The notes beneath the pieces were generated by a model. It worked only from the letters and a program-made list of their open reading frames with translations, had not been told where the DNA came from and ran no database searches. Shown here one piece after another: positions 49,654 to 59,900 of a stretch of 64,000 nt of DNA. Positions within the stretch are counted from its first letter, which is position 1; each line of letters starts with the position of its first letter. Origin of the DNA: an uncultured virus (IMG/VR IMGVR_UViG_3300031951_000102) (taxonomy: Duplodnaviria > Heunggongvirae > Uroviricota > Caudoviricetes); the IMG/VR virus record IMGVR_UViG_3300031951_000102; one strand, written 5' to 3'. The position numbers and the translations under genes are program-made.

Positions 49654-49878
49654 TTATCCGTTTAATAATTGTTTAATCCCTTTAGTGGTTTCTACTTGTA
49701 TTCTTTTTGATTTTTGTACTGAATGGTCAAATCTTTCAATTAAACCATCTTTCATTCGTACAGTATAACAATCACCTGTGTCTAAATCACAAACTTCTTT
49801 ATAACCGTTTCCAGTATCTCTTTCTGAAATTCTAGAATTCTTTCCCAAATATTTGTCTAATAAATCTTTTGTATTCAT
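49654..49878 (-). CDS. Small hypothetical protein
   Basis: 74 aa, VCDLDTGDC; TATTTAT upstream. Confidence 0.7.
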   Translation of the reverse strand: MNTKDLLDKYLGKNSRISERDTGNGYKEVCDLDTGDCYTVRMKDGLIERFDHSVQKSKRIQVETTKGIKQLLNG

Positions 49879-49925
49879 AATTACATTTTTTTATAAATAT
49901 CTAATAAACCAAAAATGTTTAAGTA

Positions 49926-52900
49926 TTATCTGTTTGTAATTGAATTAAATAATTCCAAAGCTTCGGTAACAATAGTTACATAATTAATTGTTAAATTAGA
50001 GTTATTCGTCTCAGAAACTGATATTGATTCACTAACATTACTCTTATTCCAATTCAATGAAATAAAGTCTGAAATACTTTCAGGAGTATCACTTGTAGTT
50101 ACAATTCTTGACGCCCATCTAGCAACTAAAAAGTCGACTGATTTTCTTACATTAGAAAAACTTGCCATTGGTATTGATGTACTACTACACCAAAACTTTT
50201 TATCATCACCAAAATAACTTGAGCTTCCGCCCCAATATTGATTTAAAGTTATTTTACCATAATTATTTTCCCAACTATTAAATTTTTGGAATGCTCCACT
50301 GTTATTAAAGTTACCACTTTGTATATAAAAAGTTGCAAAAATAATCTTTTGTAGTAATACATCTGAAGTTGAATTTGTGATATTATTAACCATAATCTCA
50401 TAAGATAAACTTGTAGATTTTGGATTATCACTTGGGCTATAATCATATTCACTTGAAAGTAAATCAATACAACTTTGTGTTACTTGATTACTAGCGACAT
50501 TGGTTGTTTGAATACTATTTTCAATATTACTTGTTTGAGCATTTTGATTAATTCCTGTATTAGGTGCCGACTCACTCACATCAGATTTTTTAACTTTCTC
50601 TAAAATACCTTCTAATAAATTTGTTTTAATACTTTGTAAGTATTCATCTAATTGTGGTAAAGAATATATAGGTTGTCTTTGACCTGTAACTGTAGTTGAG
50701 AAATTACCAGGTACTATAGTATGTCTAACCCCTGTAATCATATAAGGTCCACTAAACATTGGTACATACCTTAAATTAAAGTACATTGTTGGTTGAATCA
50801 TAGCGTTACCAAGCATATCTATACTACAAGCATAACTTCTATTTTTATATAAGTTATATAATGAAAGATTTTGAGTTGCTCCACCTCGATTACCAGCCTG
50901 ATTAGCCATTTCATTTAAAATAGCTAAACTTTCCGCAGTTGATAGTCCATTATTTTGAGATACACTGAAACCTTTAAATATTGTTTGATTTTGAGTACCT
51001 ATATCAACATTAAAACCAACTACTCTATTAGATTTATCCCAATCATTTTTACCTATTTGATTTTCAATTAAAGGATTATCCTTTGTTAAATCAAACGCAT
51101 CATTTTTATATCTAAAATCAACACTTTTAATATCTAAATATTCACTTAATTTTCCACCGTAAAAACAAACCATTTTTGTTGATGAATTTCGATAATCAAC
51201 ATTCAAAAAACTACCGAATAAACTATTAGCAAAATCGTTAGTTCCCTCAAATTTAGGTATAGGATTTTTTGTAGCATTTTGAACATTATAAAAGTTCATA
51301 TAAGCAGGTACATTCATAACAACAAAGTGGTTATGTGACAATATTTCATTTACCAAATATAACATATTACTTTTAACATTCATATCTGATAATTGATTTT
51401 TCAATTCGTAAACATCAACTAAAACTTTACTACCAATATCCCTTGAAGCCCTATCTAAAATTAAAACATCTTCAAATAATGTTTTACTTTTAAAATCTGT
51501 CCCTGAAATCCATTTGTCGTTTGTAGCTTTAAAAGATTCCCACAATTCAACTTTAGTTTGTGGTCCTTGTAACCTTGAATTAATTTTTTGACTTTGAATT
51601 GTAATATTTGGTAAATCAACTCTTAATCTTATCAATAAATTATTTAGTGATTTATTAAGAAAGTTTTCAATAACAAGTAAATAATTTGTCATGACTTCAA
51701 AAAACTTTTCTTTACCTATTTTATTATTCGGATTGTTTGTAACAGGATAATTAGTAAACGCATCAATTTGTTGTGTTACAATATATTGTGGGGCTAACGG
51801 ATTTGTAGATAATGAACCAAAAACTTTAATTATTGTATCATTTATAAGTTGTTGACACACATCATTCCAAGTTGATGGTGGGAAATAAAAATTATGTATA
51901 CCCTCATAAACTTGAATTCCATTTTCATCAAATAATAACGGCCATAAATTAGGTTCAGAATTTTCAAACCCCTTTTTAATTAAAATTTGATACCCACCTT
52001 CTAAATTAGCACTAGCAACTGTTAAAGTTACAAAAGAAGCAGGTGGTATTTGGGACTGGATTTGATTAGATTGTGTACCGTTAAGTTTTTGAGTTGCGTA
52101 CATTTTAATTATAGGAGCGAACAACTTTATATTATTAACAGTAAATGCAATATTAAAATCAATAAAGAAATCTGTGATATATGAACCATTGTCACTATAT
52201 GTAAGTTCGGGAATTTCAGAAAAACCAACATAAGTTTTTAAAGAAATCCACTCATTTGGATAATTAATCTGTGATTGTAATAATGTAACGTTACCACCAT
52301 TAACCGGAAGTGAATTAGGTGTTGTAGTTTGATAACTATCGGGGTCAAATTTATCAACTAAAGGTAAATTTGAAAATGAATAAAATAATTTTTTATCAAA
52401 ACTTGACGGGTTTCCAAATTTAAAAATAACATCGTAATTTAAAAATTGTTTTAAATAATCATTAACACTTATAAATTGTTTTTGTAAAATATTTTTTACT
52501 ACTTCAGCACCAGTTTGTCCCGTTTGTTTTGGAACTTTCATCATTTGTCTCATCATGTACTGAAAATTTTTGAACCCAAACTCTGTTTCTGTTTCAGAAT
52601 TCGAAACCAAATTACTTTCATAATCATAAACTGTTTTAGAAAAATTTAAAAATTCTATTTCAAATCTGTCTAAAACTTGTTTTTCAAAAATAGAGAACAT
52701 TTCACTTATTTTTGTATACTCATATCCATTTTTATTAAATGAAAAATTAGATTGAATTGACGATTCAGTGAAAATTGTTTTAAGATATTCTTCGGGTGAA
52801 GGTTTAACTATTTTTGAAATATCAAAATAACCATAATGAGGTAATGACCAAAAATTTCTAACTGAACCATCGTAAACCGAGTTATTAGATAAAACTTCAT

Positions 52901-55900
52901 TGGTAATCTGACCATTAGAATTAAAGCACTCGTTTTTAGTTTGATTTATTAAACTACCCTCAGACGGAAACGGATATTCATAATTTGAATCTAAAGTGTT
53001 AACTGATACTGACCAAGGTGTTATTTTCAAATCTCTCAAATCATCATTAGGGTCAAATCCTTCAGCTAAATTAATAACCGCACTATCAACATAATTAAGT
53101 GTTAATCCTGAAGCAAATGCATTTTGAATATCAACTTCTGTGTATGTAAAATCAATGATATTAAATCCTTGGTAAAAAACGTTAAAATCATTAATAAGTT
53201 TTGGATAAAACCCAACATTTATAACTGTAGATGTTTCAGACCCAATAACTGTATTTTTTTCTAATATAATATCAACCGCAGAACCATTTATATCTAATGA
53301 ATAAATTTTTGTTGGGTCATTTGTGATTGGGTCGTAGTTAGCAACCTTATCAAAAGATGACCATGAAGAATTAATAATATCAAAACCTGTTTCTGTATAT
53401 TTTTTATAACGATGCCAAATTGAACCTATTTTAACCATCCAAGAGTAAGGTACCTTATGGATAGCCCCAAACTTTTTAAGTGTCGCAAAAATATAATCTA
53501 AATCAATTGTTGCCCCATTTTCATAAGTTTTATATTTTTCCCTTAATGTCGCAATTGGTAAACTATTAATAAACAAATATGCCGCAGATACAAAAGGATA
53601 TGTATCATAGTTTCTAAACTTTTCAACACCTTCTTGTATTGCATTTGTAAAAAATGGTGTGTTTAACATAGATGTAGTTTGAAGGGACGTTACGTTTCCA
53701 CTATAGTCACCGTAAAGAACGTCTCCCTCAGTAACATTTTGATATTGGTAAACTCTTGAGTTATAAAAATCTGTTAGACTTGTTTCGTAACCTGTTGGTT
53801 CATTAATTGTCTCCATCAAAAAGTTACTAAACGGTTTTCCGATTGCATTAAACGTTGTTTGAGAAAAATTACATATAACTTTATTAAGAGTGTTAAAATT
53901 TAATACTTTTTTGGTATCAAAAGATAAATCAACATTTTGTATTGATTTACCATCAGCTAAGTTAGATTTTACCCAATTAAAATTAGTAAATGGATAAGTG
54001 TCAGTTAAATCAAATTTATTAGATTTAGTTGAATTAGAAATTAAATTTACAATATCGTTTTCATTAGTTAAAGAAACAATAGGTTGACTTTTTTTATCTG
54101 TTAAAACTTCTTGATTTATAAATTCAAATAATAAATTATCTGTTTGATTTTTTATATAACTAGTATTATAAATTCCCCTTATAAAATTTTGCCAACTTTG
54201 TCCTTGTCCTTCATTTGAGAATTGTTCTAAAATTGATAAAAAATTTGAGGAATTAAATCCGTAATTTTGAAGTTTTTGTATAAGAAACGGATTATCATTT
54301 GACAAACTATTTAATAAATTTATTTTTTCAGTATCGGAAATTAAACTTGTAATTTTATCCGATTCAGAAACATCATAATTTATTCTATTAAGTTTTGAAT
54401 ATGATGAAACATAAAAAAGTCTTTCAAATATCTCAAATAAAAATTTAATCTCTTCTTTATTTGAATAAACATCAGTCCCTATAGGGAATTCAATAGCATT
54501 GAGTGTTAATCTTTTAACATCTTCGGTTTGATTAAATCCAGTTTCCGTATCAGTATCTGTTTGAGAAACTTTTTCAACATAAGCTCTTATAAATTCTTCA
54601 ACAAATTCAATCTCAGGCCAATATTCATAAAGATAACCTTGTGTTTGTTCAACAACATCACTTTCACCAGGATACCTAATCTCATATTTTTCTCTATTAT
54701 CATTTGAAGTTGTTGCAACAATATATTGAGGCCATGGATAAATTGGAGTATCCTCACCAAGACCGTCATTTAAATTATCACTACTAGGTTTATCTCCTAA
54801 AATAGCATTTTTTCTAATTGTATTATTATTTAACTCCCAAGCTTTAGTATGAACATCATCTAATAATCTCAAAAAAGCTTCACCACTAGCAAAAATAACC
54901 GCTAAAACATTTCTAATATTAGGAACAAATCCAATACCTTTACTTTTATCTTGTAATAATTCAGAAAGAGCAAAAGTTAATTCTTTTTGTATTTCTTCTT
55001 TGTAAGACTGAGCTAATTTGGAAATATTATTAGTTTTTTCAATAAAAGATTTAGTTCCTTCAAAATAATAATATGTAAATTGCGGTATTTTATTTCCTTC
55101 TGAAGTTTTTATATTTCCAGTATTAAAATTATTAGTATCATCTAATTGACTTTGTAGATTAACAGTATCCGCAGAATTTGGTTGTTTTCCACCGTTTCTT
55201 TGTATATAAGTTTCAGTTAAATCAACATCATTAGATTTTAAATCTATCACAAATGTATCAAGGTCAATATCAACAGTAATTTGTGAAGATTTTGGAGATT
55301 TATTATTAATAACATAACTTCCGTTTTGTCCTAATGTAATATTACCATTTAATAAACCTTTTTTGTCATCACCATATTTACTTATTAACTCTTTAAGTTC
55401 ACTTAACGCATCTTGTTTTTGTTGTTCTGTTTGAAATTGTTTTTTAAATGGATAGATTTTAATTTTTGAATTTTTTAAAACGTAAAAATTTTCAACATCC
55501 ATGTACTTATCAAACCAAGATTTACCGTTTTGATAATAATAAACTTCTTTTTGATATTCTTGTAAATTTTTAACATAACTCTCACAATTAGTCAATGGGT
55601 CTAAATTTTCTTTAGTTAAAGAATCTGTAATATTTTTAACAAAATTTTCTAATCTATTTCTTAACTGAGGAACAGTAATTTCAGGAAAATCTTCAGGAAT
55701 TAATCCTTTAGATTTATATTCACTATAAAGTTCTTTTACTTTTTCATAACCTCTTTCAACTACACTATTATCAACTTTTTTAAACTGTGATGGACCTTCA
55801 CTTTTAGGTTCAATTCTTAACGTTGATTTATACATGTGTGGAGCGGCTAAAAGTCCAGCTAAACTTATCTCAGTTAATATTGTATATTTGTATGTGTAAA

Positions 55901-56588
55901 ATTTTAATCTAATTGTAAAGTTACCAGTTAAACTATTAAAATCAGAAGTAAAACTTTGTAACATTAACGGTAATCTTAACGCTTTACCATAATATCCTTT
56001 AATTGTTAAATTAAACAAAGGGTATGGGAGATTGAAAAAACACCCGTATGGTGAGCTATCACCACCTTCAAATAAAGCCTTTCCCTTAACGTCCTCTAAA
56101 GTAATATCAATTACAGGCATGAAAGACATGTCCGTATTAATCCCTATTTGTACGATACCTAAAAGACCATTATCAACACTTTGTTCTTTACCTTCTGAAT
56201 ATGTTGACTGTCTATAGAAATAATCATCATTTTTAGATGGGTTTTTTATACTTTCGACTTTAGGTTGATTAACACCTAATCCCTTTAAAGAATTTAAACC
56301 TGTTATTTCATTAGTATAAGAATTATCTAAAAAAGTTTTACCACCAGGTTTTAAAAAGTTAACTTTTGCAATTGAAATTGTTTGAATATCACTATTGTTA
56401 CCTGCACCGACAGCTAATTTAGTTCTAGGTAAAATATCACACTCAAGATTTGCGTACATAACCAAATCTTCCACTTTAACATGTCTTTCTTTTACTTTAC
56501 CGTCAATGTCAACGATTTTGTTTGGGTCAACTACTATAATATTATTATAATCATAATCGACAAAAATATTTTCAGAGTTACCTACCAT
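49926..56588 (-). CDS. Giant baseplate hub protein (gp27/GpD-like) with C-terminal lysozyme-like domain
   Basis: CSIDMLGNAMIQP..FSGPYMITGVRHTI..FSTTVTG hub-like motif; follows gp53-like gene. Confidence 0.65.
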   Translation of the reverse strand: MVGNSENIFVDYDYNNIIVVDPNKIVDIDGKVKERHVKVEDLVMYANLECDILPRTKLAVGAGNNSDIQTISIAKVNFLKPGGKTFLDNSYTNEITGLNSLKGLGVNQPKVESIKNPSKNDDYFYRQSTYSEGKEQSVDNGLLGIVQIGINTDMSFMPVIDITLEDVKGKALFEGGDSSPYGCFFNLPYPLFNLTIKGYYGKALRLPLMLQSFTSDFNSLTGNFTIRLKFYTYKYTILTEISLAGLLAAPHMYKSTLRIEPKSEGPSQFKKVDNSVVERGYEKVKELYSEYKSKGLIPEDFPEITVPQLRNRLENFVKNITDSLTKENLDPLTNCESYVKNLQEYQKEVYYYQNGKSWFDKYMDVENFYVLKNSKIKIYPFKKQFQTEQQKQDALSELKELISKYGDDKKGLLNGNITLGQNGSYVINNKSPKSSQITVDIDLDTFVIDLKSNDVDLTETYIQRNGGKQPNSADTVNLQSQLDDTNNFNTGNIKTSEGNKIPQFTYYYFEGTKSFIEKTNNISKLAQSYKEEIQKELTFALSELLQDKSKGIGFVPNIRNVLAVIFASGEAFLRLLDDVHTKAWELNNNTIRKNAILGDKPSSDNLNDGLGEDTPIYPWPQYIVATTSNDNREKYEIRYPGESDVVEQTQGYLYEYWPEIEFVEEFIRAYVEKVSQTDTDTETGFNQTEDVKRLTLNAIEFPIGTDVYSNKEEIKFLFEIFERLFYVSSYSKLNRINYDVSESDKITSLISDTEKINLLNSLSNDNPFLIQKLQNYGFNSSNFLSILEQFSNEGQGQSWQNFIRGIYNTSYIKNQTDNLLFEFINQEVLTDKKSQPIVSLTNENDIVNLISNSTKSNKFDLTDTYPFTNFNWVKSNLADGKSIQNVDLSFDTKKVLNFNTLNKVICNFSQTTFNAIGKPFSNFLMETINEPTGYETSLTDFYNSRVYQYQNVTEGDVLYGDYSGNVTSLQTTSMLNTPFFTNAIQEGVEKFRNYDTYPFVSAAYLFINSLPIATLREKYKTYENGATIDLDYIFATLKKFGAIHKVPYSWMVKIGSIWHRYKKYTETGFDIINSSWSSFDKVANYDPITNDPTKIYSLDINGSAVDIILEKNTVIGSETSTVINVGFYPKLINDFNVFYQGFNIIDFTYTEVDIQNAFASGLTLNYVDSAVINLAEGFDPNDDLRDLKITPWSVSVNTLDSNYEYPFPSEGSLINQTKNECFNSNGQITNEVLSNNSVYDGSVRNFWSLPHYGYFDISKIVKPSPEEYLKTIFTESSIQSNFSFNKNGYEYTKISEMFSIFEKQVLDRFEIEFLNFSKTVYDYESNLVSNSETETEFGFKNFQYMMRQMMKVPKQTGQTGAEVVKNILQKQFISVNDYLKQFLNYDVIFKFGNPSSFDKKLFYSFSNLPLVDKFDPDSYQTTTPNSLPVNGGNVTLLQSQINYPNEWISLKTYVGFSEIPELTYSDNGSYITDFFIDFNIAFTVNNIKLFAPIIKMYATQKLNGTQSNQIQSQIPPASFVTLTVASANLEGGYQILIKKGFENSEPNLWPLLFDENGIQVYEGIHNFYFPPSTWNDVCQQLINDTIIKVFGSLSTNPLAPQYIVTQQIDAFTNYPVTNNPNNKIGKEKFFEVMTNYLLVIENFLNKSLNNLLIRLRVDLPNITIQSQKINSRLQGPQTKVELWESFKATNDKWISGTDFKSKTLFEDVLILDRASRDIGSKVLVDVYELKNQLSDMNVKSNMLYLVNEILSHNHFVVMNVPAYMNFYNVQNATKNPIPKFEGTNDFANSLFGSFLNVDYRNSSTKMVCFYGGKLSEYLDIKSVDFRYKNDAFDLTKDNPLIENQIGKNDWDKSNRVVGFNVDIGTQNQTIFKGFSVSQNNGLSTAESLAILNEMANQAGNRGGATQNLSLYNLYKNRSYACSIDMLGNAMIQPTMYFNLRYVPMFSGPYMITGVRHTIVPGNFSTTVTGQRQPIYSLPQLDEYLQSIKTNLLEGILEKVKKSDVSESAPNTGINQNAQTSNIENSIQTTNVASNQVTQSCIDLLSSEYDYSPSDNPKSTSLSYEIMVNNITNSTSDVLLQKIIFATFYIQSGNFNNSGAFQKFNSWENNYGKITLNQYWGGSSSYFGDDKKFWCSSTSIPMASFSNVRKSVDFLVARWASRIVTTSDTPESISDFISLNWNKSNVSESISVSETNNSNLTINYVTIVTEALELFNSITNR

Positions 56589-56901
56589 AATAAAAGAAGT
56601 GATTATCTAATGCTGATTTATAATCTTGTAAAGAAGTTATTAAAGGAAATGGAATAGTCAATATCGCACCATCAGGTATATTCCATTCTTGTCCACCAAA
56701 ATTAGGATTTGCCATCATAATTAACCATCCAAATGTCGGTGAATTATAATATTGTTGCGAAACTTTATCTAATCTGGATTGATTAACTTTATATATAAAT
56801 CTTTTATCGGTAGTTTTTGATGGTAAAGTAATATATGGTACAACAGTTTGTTTACCATCAATTGAAAAATTGTTATATCTATTATAATACTGAAATGCCA
56901 T
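56578..56901 (-). CDS. LysM-like baseplate protein (T4 gp53 / tail X)
   Basis: RLDKVSQQYYNSPTFGWLIMMANP..IPDGAILTIP. Confidence 0.85.
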   Translation of the reverse strand: MAFQYYNRYNNFSIDGKQTVVPYITLPSKTTDKRFIYKVNQSRLDKVSQQYYNSPTFGWLIMMANPNFGGQEWNIPDGAILTIPFPLITSLQDYKSALDNHFFYYGR

Positions 56902-56903
56902 AA

Positions 56904-59900
56904 TTAATTATTAAATTTTACTTTTCCTAAATAAGTTGATGTGTCATTATTTGTATTCTCAGATTTATAAAGATTTTGTATTTCCGTCTTTTGTTGTTCC
57001 GTTCCTCCAACAGTGGTATATGAGAATTTTCGAGTTTTTCCAGCCGGAAACATTTTAACATCTAAACCATCTTTATATTCAATATAATCATTATCTCCCT
57101 TAAAGTCTTTAAATAAATCATCACCCTTTTCAACTTCTTTTTTATAATCTCTAGCTAAATCGTTAGTTATATTTTTAAATTTATTTTGTAAATTATATGG
57201 TTCATCAACACTTGTTAATGTGTCACTTATAATTGACGAAATAAAATTTTCTTTAGTATTTGAGTTACTTAATATTCTTCCTATAATCATATAGAATGAT
57301 TTATACGTAATATCATCAGTAAAATAATCACCTAACAAAAATATGTCACCAACACTTGGGTAATCATTTGTTATTATATTTTGGTTAACACAAAAATCAT
57401 AAAATTCATCAATTGTTTGTCCAAAATCAAAATAATCAGAATAAAATTCTTCATACGTATTTGACACTTGAGATGAACTTTGACTCACATTATCACCATC
57501 TAAACCTGATAATGTATAAACATTAGCCGTTCCAACCGAATTAATTTTACCATCAGTCAGATTATCAATAATATTTAGTTTTTGAATAAATCTTACAAAT
57601 GTTTGTTGGAAACTAGACATATCCTGAATAATTAAAGTTAAATCATTATTCATAACATTTTGAAGTTCTTTAACATAATTCACCATGTTTATTCTTACTT
57701 GTCTTAAATCACTTTCAAAAAAGTTAAAATCATTAACTAACTTATCCATAATTGGATTTGTATCATTTTCAATATCTTCAATTACTTTATCAAATAAATT
57801 TTTAACCGATTGTTCAATTTGATATGGTACACCATATATTCTACAAGGTACTGAATCACCATTAGATTTTACATCACCATTAATATAATATCTGTCTTGA
57901 TTAATCATTTGAACAATTCCGTAATTGTATTTATCATTAATTTCTTGGAGTTTATTTGGTATTGTTTCAAAATATGATTTAGAAGACAATAATAAATTAT
58001 CCATAATTTTTTGATAAGAAGTTTCACCAGACGAACCACCTTCAATAGGTACTGTTGTTATAATTTCACCAATAATTGACCCACCTTCATTTTGTTGTTG
58101 TGGTGAAAATCCAGTATTTGATATATTAGTTGTTATTTCAGGTGTAAGTCCTAAAAGTTGAGCCAATTCTTTATCTATAGCAGTAGTATCTTCAGTTGAT
58201 GTTGCTCTTTCATCGTAAATTTCAGTGTTAGCATAATAGTTGAAAGATAATGCATTTTGAAGTTCTTCAACGGGTTTTGCTATACCCATTCCCCCAATAA
58301 TATCAAAACTAAGTGTAACCTTAGCAATCATTGGTTGAATTCCTATACCTTCAGGATTTAAATCAAAATTTTCATACTGAAATTGTAAGTTTTTAGGAAT
58401 AATTTTTGTGTTAAAAAAGTCCCCAATTCTTAAAACTAATACAGGTGGAGCCCCAAATGATGTATTAATAGAGTCATTAATTCTTGGTTTTCCATCCGAA
58501 CCTATTATTGGTATTGTCTCACCCGGTCTTAAACACTGATTTAAAAAAGTCAGTCTTGAGTTAAGACCTTCAGGTGTCATTGAGTGAAAAGCAGGATTAA
58601 AGTATCTTATTTTTTCTCTTATTGAATCATAAACAAATGGAACATTTTCTTTTATTACTTCAAAATAATCACATTCAGTTAAAAGATTTCTCAAAATTCT
58701 TTTCCCTAAATTTTCTTTTAATTTTTGTACAATTGTTTTAGTTGATTTAGGAGTAGGTGTTTTAAGTGGAATTTTTATTGTTGTAATTTCAGGAACATCT
58801 GGGTTAGGAATAGTTTCTTGTTCAATTAATTCTATTGTAGGGGTAGGTGTTTGAATAAGACTTTCAATATTAATTTTTGAAATTTTTACTCTTCTACAAG
58901 CCATCGCATCAACTGCATATATTTGTGAATTACTTGTAACACCATCACTACCACTTATATCTGTATTACAATTCACTTCTCTACCTGTTGACCCATCAGC
59001 CATCTTTGGTATAGCAATCGTCTCAATTTCTCCTTTAGCCGCTTTATTTACTATTTTAAATGAACCATCTTCAAAAAATGGTAATAACTTTCCATTATCA
59101 AATGTTTTAAAGAATTTTTCTACGGAGTCGATTCTTCTTACAGACAAATTTTTATTATAATTAACAGTTGCGGTCGCTGAGGCTGAACCAACCATTTCTA
59201 TTGAAATTTTTGCTAATCCGTTACTTAAAATTTCGTAAGCTTCATCTATGAAATTTTTATCATCTGATGATGCCTTTTTATATGATGGAATTATTACTGT
59301 ATTATAAAAATCATTAATTTGTTTTTGATTTTCACAAAACTCAACATTATTTTTACAAAATCCTTCATTTATATTAAAAGTATTATTTGATGTTATAATA
59401 GACGAATCAATAAAATTTTGATTAGTATATGAATCATAGGTATCTTGATACGATACCGAACTTATTACTTTGTTTGTGTTAGGGTCAGGAATATCATTAA
59501 AAAAATAAAACCCTAAATCTTCATACGTAGTCTTAAAACTATCTATTAAAGAACTATTATTAACTCCTCCGCCTGACTCAGTACCAAGATTAGGAATTGG
59601 TTCAGTTCCGGAACCGGCACTACCATCTGTATTTGGTTCTGCAGGTATTTCCAAAACTATCTCTTCGTATTCTTCTTTTGTTAAGTTTGGTTTATTTAAA
59701 ATTTCTTGATAAGTGTATAAATCACTAGTTGGGATAGTGTTATATTTTTTAGCTAATTCATAGATATCAAATTTAACACATCCAGCAAAAAAAGAATCCA
59801 AAATAGAATTTATTTTTTCACTACTTTTACCTTTTAATTGTTGTTCAACAATAACATTTAGTACTGACGGACTATCCACAATTATTTTCCAACTCAAATT

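Noticed and set aside
52..56217. Short antisense or nested track ORFs (e.g. 52..297, 480..749, 8446..8733, 13676..13909, 15349..15759, 49469..49768)
   Set aside because: Shadows of real genes or coding repeats, with no recognisable motifs
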